In this document: positions 37,528 to 49,398 of the stretch, in pieces
How positions within the stretch are numbered: position 1 is the first letter of the stretch
How the letters are laid out: each line of letters starts with the position of its first letter
Origin: Sphagnum compactum
Taxonomy: Eukaryota
DNA: 64,000 bases
Assembly (NCBI GenBank): GCA_965153455.1
Contig: OZ234493.1
Location: forward strand, 17,288,213 to 17,352,212
Direction of reading: 5' to 3'
The notes under the pieces: model-generated
Told to the model about the DNA's origin: nothing
The model's database searches: none
Seen by the model: only the letters and a program-made list of their open reading frames with translations
Position numbers and translations under genes: made by a program

Positions 37528-40500
37528 CTAAAATCGGCTTCTACATCTGTGGTCCCGCTCCAGCATTCGAATGCATGCATCCGCCAATCGTGCGAAGTTG
37601 GTAACGGACCGGCCGAAGGCCTTCAGTCCCATCCATCGAGCCAACTCTTCGTCGCGAGTGATGTTCGTCAATTCCGGCATGGCCTTGCGCACGTCCGACG
37701 GGTTGCGACGCCAAATGGCCCAAATAAGAATTCGATATCGTTCGCCCCGGATCTGACCCGGGCAATCCACACCGTACCTTCCTTCGTGCAATGGGACGTT
37801 GCCCAACGTTGGCCCGTTGTGTGAAAGGTGGCACTTGGGACAAACGTCGGGTGATTGGGGAATGGAATTACGACAATCCGACCTAGGATGCGGTCCCAGA
37901 CATTTGAAGCATCGACGACCATCCAGCAACAACGGACAATTTTGACTGGGGTGACGCACATTTCCATCACCGCCGTAAACACAGCACAAGAGACAATCGG
38001 GTTCTTCGGGAGCAGCGAATCGACGGAAATTCGTCAGGGCTGCGCGATCCTCGTTCACGAAAGAGGTGAGCGCCGTGCCACGCGCACTAAGCATCGGCAA
38101 TGGTGAGGGGGGTTGCTGCGACACCGCTCGTGATTGCTGCAAACAGTTGTCGCAGGGTTGTGCGACGGGAATCAGGCTGCATCGTTGCGGTTGGCCGTCC
38201 ACAGCCAAATGAAGATGGTAGCGTCGACAATTCTCCGTGTCCGTGATCCAAACGTTGGGCTCGGCGAAGGAGGAATCGAGGTGCAGAGCTTCGGCTCTAG
38301 ATCTCGTGTTCGAAATCACTCTGCTGGTACCTGGTCAGCCGTCACGGGCGAGTCGCCCGGACTCTTGGTGCAAAGCAGCAAAAGATCTGAAAGATCCGCG
38401 ATGAATGACGAGCCGGACCGACGGATAGTTGTACCCGCAGCTGATGACCCCAGTGGCCACCATGACACGCGCTTCGCCTGAGAGCCACGACTGCAATTGC
38501 GCCTTCTTAGCGTCGTCGTCGAGATGGGCGTGAAGGTGAGCGGTCCTCACGCACGCCACGTTGTTGGCCATGGACGCCACTTGCTCGACCGACTCTCGCG
38601 TCAAGCAATACACCATGGCCCTGTCCGTCTCGGAAGAAACGTTGCAATCCCATTCGATGAGCTGTTGAACGATTTCCTCGTCCACGTCGGCCACCTCGTC
38701 GACGACGTACTCGATCAGCGAGCGCACCGTGGACATCCGGATGACGGCGAATCTCGCGGACATCACAATCTTGAGGTCCGTCTCTTCGGAAGGGGAGAGC
38801 GAGGCCGTCAACGCGACGAGCTAGCATCCCACGACCCACAACGGCAAAAGGCGCTTCATGACGGGTCTGAAATCCGACAGCAGCAAATGCGCTTCATCCA
38901 CGACGACACAGTGAAGCTTTTTCAAATGGTTCAACGTATGCGCGAGTTCCACGAACCCGGGATTGGCCGCACGTTCCACCGATACGAACAAGATTGACGG
39001 AGGATCGTCGAATGTGACCGTGTCCGCGCCGTAGGTCGCATGTCGTAAGCCGGCTCGGGTCGCGTCCGCTTCGTGTCCGCGGACTAGGATCGTCAGGGGC
39101 ACCACCACGATGACGGTGCGAGCCGTCACCATCGGCGGGATCATGAACACAGCCGATTTGCCGTGTCCGGTGGGCATGACCACCAAAACATCGACCCTGT
39201 TTTCGAGGACCAACGTCACGGCCAAACCTTGTTCCTTGCACGTCCACTGTGCGTGGCCCAGTCGACGAAGGGCTCGCAGAGAACGCACTTCGTGCGTTTG
39301 ATCCTTGGGCGGTGGCGGCAAGGTCGGTTGAGGGACGGTCTGTGTGACCGAACACACGAGAGATGCGAGGAGAGAGGCGCACTGGGGTTGCGACGAACAA
39401 TGGCCGCCGTCGGGTCGGTCGACACCCACAGGAACCTCGTCGGTCGAATCGCCGGTCGGAGGGTTTCGGACCGGGCTACGGTCGAGTTGCAACAAGCGAT
39501 GCCACGCTTCGGCAGCCAATCTGTACGTGTACATCTGTTGACTGTCCATGAATCTGTGGTCGTTGGAACAATTGGCGTACTGTCGTGCGGCCGTGGTCGA
39601 AGAGTGCCCCGACGTCTCATCGATGGGAAATTCCGTGCAATAACTTTGCTTGATAGCACCACCGAAGTAAGCGGCCAGGTGACGATAATCCGCGATCCCC
39701 AGATCGAGATTTGCGCGCTCGAGGAACGCCGTGGCCACCAAACGGGAAACATCTTCGCCGTCCATGGCGACATCTCGTTCAATGGCCCAAAGGTCCATGT
39801 GTTGTCGGGCTGCGTCAATGTTTCCGCGCAAACCCGCGATGAAGGATTGCACCGGCCTCACTAGCAACATATATTCGATGAAGAGCGAATTGAGTTCCGG
39901 GGGTAGGAAACGGGGTATTAGTTTGACCGGCCGCCCTGCGTTGGCGCCCTTGTGGTATCTCTGGAAGGTCATGATGGTGCCCGCGGACCAATAAAATGTC
40001 CTTTCGGAATGCTCTGTGTTACGAAGGAGGTAGCTCCTGTACTCCTCGCCGCGAGGAGGACCGCCGGCGGTGAAATGCATGAGCAAAAATAACAACGCGT
40101 GCATACGATCCGCCGCCTTAGCCCACATCGCCAAAGCATTTTGATTCCATGCGATGGATCGGTCGCCTTCTGTGCCTTTGACGAAAAGACCTCGGGTACG
40201 CCGATCGCTAAAAAGGTGGATGGCAAGATCTTGTCCGTGACGATGAAATTCGTTACGGGCATCCGACAAGAAAGAATACCCGACTTCGTCTTCGTTCGCC
40301 CTGTCCGCGACGTTACCCTCCGCTATCACCCGGTCGATCCAGGTTGTCTGGAATCCTAGCAACAATTGGTTTCTCATCACCCGATTTGCCTCGCGGAGCA
40401 GTTCGCTGACCAGGTTTCGTAAAGTGTCGATGGTGACGGCTTGACCATCGATCGTGCACGCCATGGGACCGATCCGAACGAGTCTCGGGATGCAGGGTTC

Positions 40501-41043
40501 GTCGCCTGACACCGCCCCCGCGAGGCGCATGGTCTCCCGCAGTCTGCTGAACGGTGTGTCCTTGGCGTTCTCGCGAACGCAAGCGAGCCACTCGTCGGCT
40601 TCACACCACGGGATGGGGGGGTGATCGGGCTGCCACATCGGACGCACCAGCTGCATGAGGATCGTGCATCTCCACCAATACTGGAGAATGGCTATGGGAC
40701 CCGACACGCGTCGAACGTGTTCGAAAGCGAGGTTGTTTGACGAAGGGTCCGACTTCAGGCTGTTCACGATCATGAACCTGATTATCGGACAACCGGTTTG
40801 GAGCCCGTGTTGAACGACCGGACACGTCGGCGGTTTGCAAATGTGGAGCAACACCGTGTGGATGGGAACGAGATCTTCGTCATCCCCATCCGCGTCTCGT
40901 CGACTTCGGATGTGAGAGATGAGATTCTCCAGCGCATCTCCGAGATCCGAATGCAAATCGCCCAGAACGTTGACGAATGGCTCGTCATCCACTGGGGCGC
41001 TGTCCCTGGATCGGACCATCATAGTGAGCAGCTTGGTCATCAA
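37528..41043 (-). pseudogene. Telomere-linked helicase (TLH-like): tyrosine-recombinase-like domain + RecQ-type DEAH helicase + Zn-binding/CCHC C-terminus; 5'-truncated, two in-frame stops
   Basis: ORFs 38821-41043, 38335-38811 and 37528-38319 share one frame (~1171 codons), separated only by TAG (38821-23) and TGA (38335-37). Helicase motifs: MPTGHGKS (I), VVVPLTIL (Ia), DEAH (II), LVALTAS (III), MVYCLTR (IV), VMVATGVISCGYN (V), QESGRLARDG (VI). RecQ Zn motif CRR...C...CDNC and knuckle CFKCLGPHPRSDC follow. Confidence 0.85.
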
Positions 41044-41049
41044 CGTACA

Positions 41050-43537
41050 AGGGTTTAGGGTTTAGGGTTTAGGGTTCAGGGTTTAGGGTTTAGGGTTTAG
41101 GGTTTAGGGTTTAGGGTTTTAGGGTTTAGGGTTTAGGGTTAGGGTTTAGGGTTTAGGGTTTAGGGTTTAGGGTTTAGGGTTTAGGGTTTAGGGTTTAGGG
41201 TTTAGGGTTTAGGGTTTAGGGTTTAGGGTTTAGGGTTTAGGGTTTAGGGTTTAGGGTTTAGGGTTTAGGGTTTAGGGTTTAGGGTTTAGGGTTTAGGGTT
41301 TAGGGTTTAGGGTTTAGGGTTTAGGGTTTAGGGTTTAGGGTTTAGGGTTTAGGGTTTAGGGTTTAGGGTTTAGGGTTTAGGGTTTAGGGTTTAGGGTTTA
41401 GGGTTTAGGGTTTAGGGTTTAGGGTTTAGGGTTTAGGGTTTAGGGTTTAGGGTTTAGGGTTTAGGGTTTAGGGTTTAGGGTTTAGGGTTTAGGGTTTAGG
41501 GTTTAGGGTTTAGGGTTTAGGGTTTAGGGTTTAGGGTTTAGGGTTTAGGGTTTAGGGTTTAGGGTTTAGGGTTTAGGGTTTAGGGTTTAGGGTTTAGGGT
41601 TTAGGGTTTAGGGTTTAGGGTTTAGGGTTTAGGGTTTAGGGTTTAGGGTTTAGGGTTTAGGGTTTAGGGTTTAGGGTTTAGGGTTTAGGGTTTAGGGTTT
41701 AGGGTTTAGGGTTTAGGGTTTAGGGTTTAGGGTTTAGGGTTTAGGGTTTAGGGTTTAGGGTTTAGGGTTTAGGGTTTAGGGTTTAGGGTTTAGGGTTTAG
41801 GGTTTAGGGTTTAGGGTTTAGGGTTTAGGGTTTAGGGTTTAGGGTTTAGGGTTTAGGGTTTAGGGTTTAGGGTTTAGGGTTTAGGGTTTAGGGTTTAGGG
41901 TTTAGGGTTTAGGGTTTAGGGTTTAGGGTTTAGGGTTTAGGGTTTAGGGTTTAGGGTTTAGGGTTTAGGGTTTAGGGTTTAGGGTTTAGGGTTTAGGGTT
42001 TAGGGTTTAGGGTTTAGGGTTTAGGGTTTAGGGTTTAGGGTTTAGGGTTTAGGGTTTAGGGTTTAGGGTTTAGGGTTTAGGGTTTAGGGTTTAGGGTTTA
42101 GGGTTTAGGGTTTAGGGTTTAGGGTTTAGGGTTTAGGGTTTAGGGTTTAGGGTTTAGGGTTTAGGGTTTAGGGTTTAGGGTTTAGGGTTTAGGGTTTAGG
42201 GTTTAGGGTTTAGGGTTTAGGGTTTAGGGTTTAGGGTTTAGGGTTTAGGGTTTAGGGTTTAGGGTTTAGGGTTTAGGGTTTAGGGTTTAGGGTTTAGGGT
42301 TTAGGGTTTAGGGTTTAGGGTTTAGGGTTTAGGGTTTAGGGTTTAGGGTTTAGGGTTTAGGGTTTAGGGTTTAGGGTTTAGGGTTTAGGGTTTAGGGTTT
42401 AGGGTTTAGGGTTTAGGGTTTAGGGTTTAGGGTTTAGGGTTTAGGGTTTAGGGTTTAGGGTTTAGGGTTTAGGGTTTAGGGTTTAGGGTTTAGGGTTTAG
42501 GGTTTAGGGTTTAGGGTTTAGGGTTTAGGGTTTAGGGTTTAGGGTTTAGGGTTTAGGGTTTAGGGTTTAGGGTTTAGGGTTTAGGGTTTAGGGTTTAGGG
42601 TTTAGGGTTTAGGGTTTAGGGTTTAGGGTTTAGGGTTTAGGGTTTAGGGTTTAGGGTTTAGGGTTTAGGGTTTAGGGTTTAGGGTTTAGGGTTTAGGGTT
42701 TAGGGTTTAGGGTTTAGGGTTTAGGGTTTAGGGTTTAGGGTTTAGGGTTTAGGGTTTAGGGTTTAGGGTTTAGGGTTTAGGGTTTAGGGTTTAGGGTTTA
42801 GGGTTTAGGGTTTAGGGTTTAGGGTTTAGGGTTTAGGGTTTAGGGTTTAGGGTTTAGGGTTTAGGGTTTAGGGTTTAGGGTTTAGGGTTTAGGGTTTAGG
42901 GTTTAGGGTTTAGGGTTTAGGGTTTAGGGTTTAGGGTTTAGGGTTTAGGGTTTAGGGTTTAGGGTTTAGGGTTTAGGGTTTAGGGTTTAGGGTTTAGGGT
43001 TTAGGGTTTAGGGTTTAGGGTTTAGGGTTTAGGGTTTAGGGTTTAGGGTTTAGGGTTTAGGGTTTAGGGTTTAGGGTTTAGGGTTTAGGGTTTAGGGTTT
43101 AGGGTTTAGGGTTTAGGGTTTAGGGTTTAGGGTTTAGGGTTTAGGGTTTAGGGTTTAGGGTTTAGGGTTTAGGGTTTAGGGTTTAGGGTTTAGGGTTTAG
43201 GGTTTAGGGTTAGGGTTTAGGGTTTAGGGTTTAGGGTTTAGGGTTTAGGGTTTAGGGTTTAGGGTTTAGGGTTTAGGGTTTAGGGTTTAGGGTTTAGGGT
43301 TTAGGGTTTAGGGTTTAGGGTTTTAGGGTTTAGGGTTTAGGGTTTAGGGTTTAGGGTTTAGGGTTTAGGGTTTAGGGTTTAGGGTTTAGGGTTTAGGGTT
43401 TAGGTTTAGGGTTTAGGGTTTAGGTTTAGGGTTTTAGGTTTGGTTTAGGGTTTAGGGTTTAGGGTTTAGGGTTTAGGTGTTAGGGTTTAGGGTTTAGGGG
43501 TTTAGTGGGTTTTAGGGTTTTAGGGTTTAGGGTTTAG
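41050..43537 (+). repeat. Telomeric array (TTTAGGG)n, ~2.5 kb
   Basis: Near-perfect Arabidopsis-type repeat, G-strand on +. A few variants occur proximally and the last ~150 nt are degenerate. Confidence 0.99.
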
Positions 43538-43737
43538 NNNNNNNNNNNNNNNNNNNNNNNNNNNNNNNNNNNNNNNNNNNNNNNNNNNNNNNNNNNNNNN
43601 NNNNNNNNNNNNNNNNNNNNNNNNNNNNNNNNNNNNNNNNNNNNNNNNNNNNNNNNNNNNNNNNNNNNNNNNNNNNNNNNNNNNNNNNNNNNNNNNNNNN
43701 NNNNNNNNNNNNNNNNNNNNNNNNNNNNNNNNNNNNN
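43538..43737. other. Scaffold gap (200 N)
   Basis: Round-number N run. Confidence 0.99.
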
Positions 43738-46229
43738 GGGAGTGCTTCGGTGCCTGATGATGCAACGTTCTGAATGAATTGGTAGCATCGAAATTAATTT
43801 TACCAGGATGTCTGACCACAACTTCTTTGGGTACAGCACCCTGATCTGGAAATTGCACGCCACATATAAGCTTTTAAGACATTCTCCTCATAAATCCAGC
43901 ATACTTTGACATCGTGTCTCATATTGTACGGATGCAGGGAACTCCTGTGCAAGCCTGCCGGAGTCAGGTTACCTTGATACGAATGATGAGCCGATTGATT
44001 CAATAGCGAAGGCAACCCTTGCAGCAACATCTTTAACCGGTGGGCCGTGGAGGAGAAGAACCGTGGATTCCTGGGAGCTTGCTTTTGGATCCGACGCAGG
44101 TTTGATTCCTTCGGAAGTTGCTGCAGGGACTCTCCTCGCTCACAAGAGCTTCTATGTATGGATCCCAAATTAGATGGAGCCTACCTCGGTCTGCCCCTGT
44201 GGCAATGACCTCAGCAATCTCCGAGATGCTATGGGAGGATGTGTTTTGTCAGTCAAAAAGATTGATGACCGACTGTATAGGACAAGAAGACATTGCCTTC
44301 GGCCGAAAGAAGGTTCCAAGTGCTGCAGACGTGCTGCGGGTGGCATTCATCGACTTCTACCGAGGGCTTGGTATGCTGAAGAGCTTCAGGTTTCGTACAT
44401 TTTCTACCTTTGAGGCTCAAAGTGCTCGAGACTCTGGCCTTGGGTACTCTCATCTTTTCTCTTCCTATTTGTAGCCACTTGTCATTTTCTTCTTCTATTT
44501 CACAGTTCTTCAGTGCTCTGGCTCGAGACTCTGGCCTTGGGTACTCTCATCTTTTCTCTTCCTATTTGTAGCCACTTGTCATTTTCTTCTTCTATTTCAC
44601 AGTTCTTCCGTGCTCTGACCTGTCGAGCGGATGTTCACGTGTTTTCTTTGTCCTATCTTTGTTTTTATGCTGACCTGATATGTTGCGATCTACTCTTTGG
44701 GCCCTTGTCGCTTCAAGTTGTTGCTGCAATCAAATTTACTTCGCTTGATTGTTGCGTGTGTCTGGAGGCATGCATCTCGACTGGCTGTTAACTCCTTGTT
44801 TCTCTCCTGCTTACACTCGTTCTAGGAGATCGCTCATCCTGCCATCCTAACGTGCATCTCCCTTGTGAATGAACCCAGTCCAGAACCCTGACAATCATTG
44901 CGGGGATATTGTGGCAGCTCCTTGAACATGGCTGCTTTTGCAAAAATATTACAGAAATATGAGAGGGTTGTTTGACTTCTTCCGGCCTTGTTGATCTCAT
45001 ATCTTGGATATCATGATCCTATTCAAAGCACAACAGTTTCGGAAAGTCACCGTTTATCCTCCTCCAACTTAGACCAAAGTTCTGGACACCTTGCTTTGGC
45101 AACACGAACAGAGATAGATTTTGAGTATTCGGAGCATGCACAGTGTCTACGTTTTAGCCGACGGCTCGTCTTTCTCGGAGTTTTCTTCTTGTGCTGCAAG
45201 CCTGGGAGGATGAGTTTCTCGAAATGGACGATGCGTTTTTCACAACTTTTGCTCACAATAGTTGCAATGAGATTTGTTTCTCGGTTACGAGTGTTTCGAC
45301 TACTTTGGAGTGGTCGGGTGCTCTTTTCATACGACAGTTGCTGGGGGTTGGTGCAGGTCACCGGTTTGTTTATAGCTCAAAGCTATATGCATCATGTGGA
45401 TCGTGCTGACATCAATTCCTCCGAGAAGGTTGACGACTCTTGTTCCTGATCTGCAAGGTCAATTCTGCAACTATTGAGACCGCTGATAGAAGGACTGGTC
45501 TGAATTGGTCGACAGCTAGGAAGAACATTTGAAACCTGTATGATATATGAACTGGAAAAAATGTGGACTTCTGACTTATGGGGAAGGTGGAGGTCACATT
45601 CGCAGAGCGTTTCACGTCAGGTAATCAGCAGCAGGCCGCGGCAGCACTGAGACCGATTCACCGACCAGCCCCTCACAGTCTGACGTATTTACCGGGTATG
45701 ATAAAAATCATTACCGTTGTCGAACACGGGTTCACATTTTTAGTGGTTTTGTATGGAGGCATCCCTTTCACCTTAAAGAGCCAAATCCAAGTGCATAAAT
45801 TGTTGCTGTCCGTGCATTCATAAGGTTGATACGTTCATGAGGCAAGAAGCATCGGAGCCTCCAATGTTGTGCTGTGGTTGTATTACTTACCGAAAATTTG
45901 AAGCTCATTGAGATCATCCGTAGATTTCCGGTGTACAATCGTGAGTTCTAAATTCTGGTTCCGTCTTGCTCTTGTGCAGGGTTTTTCACTTGGCGTTCGT
46001 TGATACTGATCTTAGCATTTGGCTGCGTACTGCAACTGGACGGGGATTACAGAAAGATGCAATATTTGACTCATTTGCAGACCATTTTCCCAACTTTCAG
46101 GCACTATCTTATTGCCTTACTCGCATTTATCCTCTCTACTAACCAATCCACTCAGATATAATCACCGAATGTTTTGTCCAGGACAGCAATTTTTTAGCTT
46201 TCCTTTCAAAGGTGCATGCTGATAGATAG
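43738..46229 (+). pseudogene. PHO1: PHO1-family pseudogene, copy 4 (inverted near-copy of copy 1)
   Basis: Reverse complement of 10164-12559. It shares copy 1's deletion and has an extra ~97-bp tandem duplication at ~44424-44615. Confidence 0.8.
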
Positions 46230-47506
46230 TCACGACCATACTTATTAACTTGCTTAAGTAATCTTTTAATTCTTGTCATCTGCCCTAAACAACCCTTTAT
46301 TTTCAACTCAAAACTAAAACAATTACTTATTAACTTGCTTAAGTAATCTTTTAATTCTTGTCATCTGCCCTAAACAACCCTTTATTTTTCAACCCAAAAA
46401 CAATTACTTATTTACTTGCTGCCCGAAGTTTTTTTTGGTGTTTTTTTTTCCGGGGGTCAATACCTGACTTGGGCTCCGCGTGACATGACATTACCCATGT
46501 GCAACTCATTTTAGATATTTTTAAAAATTCATTTAAAAAAACGTTTCATATGACATGGTCACATTTCGTTCATCTATGGATAACTATATTTTTATGATCA
46601 ATTACATGAAAATCAACTACCTACTTAATTAAGTTTATTTTATTTTAGCTCAGATTTAATTAATTAAACCAACCCTAACCCCCCCCCCCTATGAACTTGT
46701 AAAAAGAAAACCCCCCTCTCATCCCTTTTCAACATAGAAAAAAAACTCCCTCCCATCCCCCTTCAACATATTAAAAAAAAAAACCCTTTCATGTTCCCCC
46801 TGTCCCTAGCCACTCCACAATGAAAAAACAAAATTTAAAAAAAAAATCATCCTTTTCCCTTCCTCCTTCCACATGTCAAATGAAGGCAAAAAAGAAACAT
46901 TACCGTCCACCCCCTTCCCCCTCAACAGTGAAAAAAGAAGAAAAAAATCAAGGTGCACCCTTTCCCCCGGTGCACCCTTTCCCCCGTCCCATAATGAATT
47001 TGTAAAAAAAATTACCCCCTTCCCCTCCCTAGCCTCTCCACAATGAAAAAAACATTTCCAGAGCCCTTAAATTAACCCCTTTCCCCCCTCCTCCTTCCAC
47101 ATTTCCAATGAAGGGGAAAATAAAAACATCAACCTCCACCCCCCTCCCTCCCTCCCCCTCAACAGTCAAAAAAATGAAAGAAAAAAATCAAGGTGCACCC
47201 TTTCCCCCCCCCTCACACAATGAATAAAATATAAACCCTGGCCCTCTTGGCCCAATAAAAAATAATTTATCAAAGTTACAAGCAATAACAAAAAGTAACA
47301 AACCTTACCCCTTTCATCAGTAAAAAGTAACTTACAAAACTTACGACCAGTAAAAAAAAGTAACAAAAAGTAACAAAAAATGAAAAAGGTCAACAAATAC
47401 AGCCAAGCATTACACTAAAACAGCCAAGCATCGCTTTGTTTTTTTCCTGGTCAAACAGCCACCAGCCACCGGCATTACACTCGTAATGCCCGAATCATAC
47501 CTTAAG
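46230..47506 (+). mobile_element. ~1.3-kb Helitron-like element (inverted copy of 8876-10163)
   Basis: TCACGACC 5' end, and hairpin GGCATTAC-ACTC-GTAATGCC near the 3' end. Confidence 0.55.
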
Positions 47507-47699
47507 GAACTTGGGGTCAAAACCTATAACAGAAAGGGTGATGTTATTGGGAACATAGGGAACATACCAAAAAGCCATTGGCCATTTGGTGGGAACTTGA
47601 AGGAATCGTAAGGAATGCATTCATTTAGGAACACCAAATTCCAAAATTTGACCCCCTGTCTTGTCCCTACCCACTCCACAATCAAAAAACAATATTAAA

Positions 47700-47737
<38 letters not shown>

Positions 47738-48823
47738 TCCCTTCCTCCTTCCACATGTCAAATGAAGGCCAAAAAAAAAAAACATACACCTCCACCCCCC
47801 TCCCCCTCAACAGTAAACAAAAAAAGAAAATAATCAAGGTGCACCCTTTCCCCTGGTGCACCCTTTCCCCCGTCTCCACAGTAAAAAGTAATTTCCCTAA
47901 AATTACAGCCAGTAACAAAAAGTAACAAAAAGTAACATCTCTTACCCCTAAACCCAGTAAAAAGTAACTGTCAAAACTTACCACCAATAAAAAAAGTAAC
48001 TAAAAGTAACTAAAGTCAACAAAAACAGCCCGGCACCATGCTAAAACAGCCCGGCACCATGCTGTATAAAACCTGGTCAAACAGCCCCCAGCCCCCAGCA
48101 TTATGCCCATGATGCTCGGATCATACCTTAAAGATCAAACCGATGACCCCGAGTCATTCCTCGCGAACTGAATGTGACTGGCATTGACTCGAACTACTTC
48201 TCGTTGCTTATCTCCGTTGATGTTTGTTTGGGCAGTCCGGTGGGTGAACTCTTGGGCTCGCATAACACCGAAGAAGAAGTAGCCCACTACCGAAATCGTG
48301 CACGAGTTCCTTGGGCTCTTTACCCGCAGCTGGATCGACCGAGTTTTGTTTTTCCTTTCTTATCCTCTTTGTTCTCGTTGAACCCCTGGCTTAGTACAGC
48401 CGGATCCTTGGCTGCTTCAAGGTCGTCTTCTCGGCCTTCCTATCGTGTGCTGTCATCGTTGCGGCGGGCATGAACCTTGCAAGCCTGCGTTCAAATTTAC
48501 GGAGAGATAAAAACAACGATCGAAAAACACTTACACTTCAGAAATTATTTCTCGTTTTCTGGTTATTGCTGAAGAACAAGGCTATTCGAAAATAAAACAA
48601 AATAGCCTGAGAAACTGAAAAAAAAAAAAAAGGGGGGGGGGAAAGAAAGAATTATCAGAAAAAATATTAGTAATCTTTTTCGTTTTGTGGAAATGAAATC
48701 TCACTTTCTAATTATTATTTAGAAAACCTTTTTGAAAAAAAAATTGAAAAAAGAAAAAGACAAGGAATGCATAAAACACAAAGAAAAAAAGACCCAAACA
48801 AAAAAAAGATAAAGAAATGGGGA

Positions 48824-49398
48824 TCTTATATTCTTATATAGTAAAGGACGTCGTGCACGAAATGAAGCTTTCCATCCATCCGTCCGTCGCATCATCCATC
48901 TTGTCATCTGTCCCGTCATCCATCCAAACACAACAAATATATATCTTAAAAAGGGACCCTAAATGTACCCATTTCCCCGTCCTCTTTCCACCCTAAACCC
49001 ATATATCTAGGCGAAAAAATGTACCCATTTCCCCCCTCCCCCTCAACAGTAAAAAAAAAATTAAAAAAATGCATCAAGGTGCACCCCTAAAACCCCCCCC
49101 CCTCACACAATCAACCCAATATAAACCCTGGGCTTCTCCACAGTAAAAAGTAATTCCTAAAACTTACGAGCAGTAAAAAAAGTAACAAAAAGTAACTAAA
49201 CTTACCCCTTTTAGCAGTAAAAAGTCATTTACAAAACTTACGACCAGTAAAAAAAGTAACTAAAAGTAACTAAAAGTGAAAAAAAGTCAACAAAAATCGC
49301 CCGGCACTGCGCGAAAACCGCCCGGCACTCCTGTGTATTTTCTCTGGTCAAACCGCCCGCCGCCCCCGGCATTACAATCGTAATGCTCCGATTACTAA
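48824..49398 (+). mobile_element. Non-autonomous Helitron-like element (copy of 7007-7561)
   Basis: A|TCTTATATTCTTATATAG 5' end; GCATTAC-AATC-GTAATGC hairpin then CTAA. Confidence 0.6.

Noticed and set aside
37528-41043. Telomeric retrotransposon (HeT-A/TART- or Athena-like)
   Set aside because: The 5'-distal orientation fits, but no reverse transcriptase motifs or poly(A) tail are visible.
37435-41058. Plus-strand and alternate-frame ORFs overlapping the helicase
   Set aside because: Shadow ORFs expected in GC-rich coding DNA.
43400-43537. Variant telomere repeats at the distal end
   Set aside because: Likely low-coverage consensus errors at the contig end.
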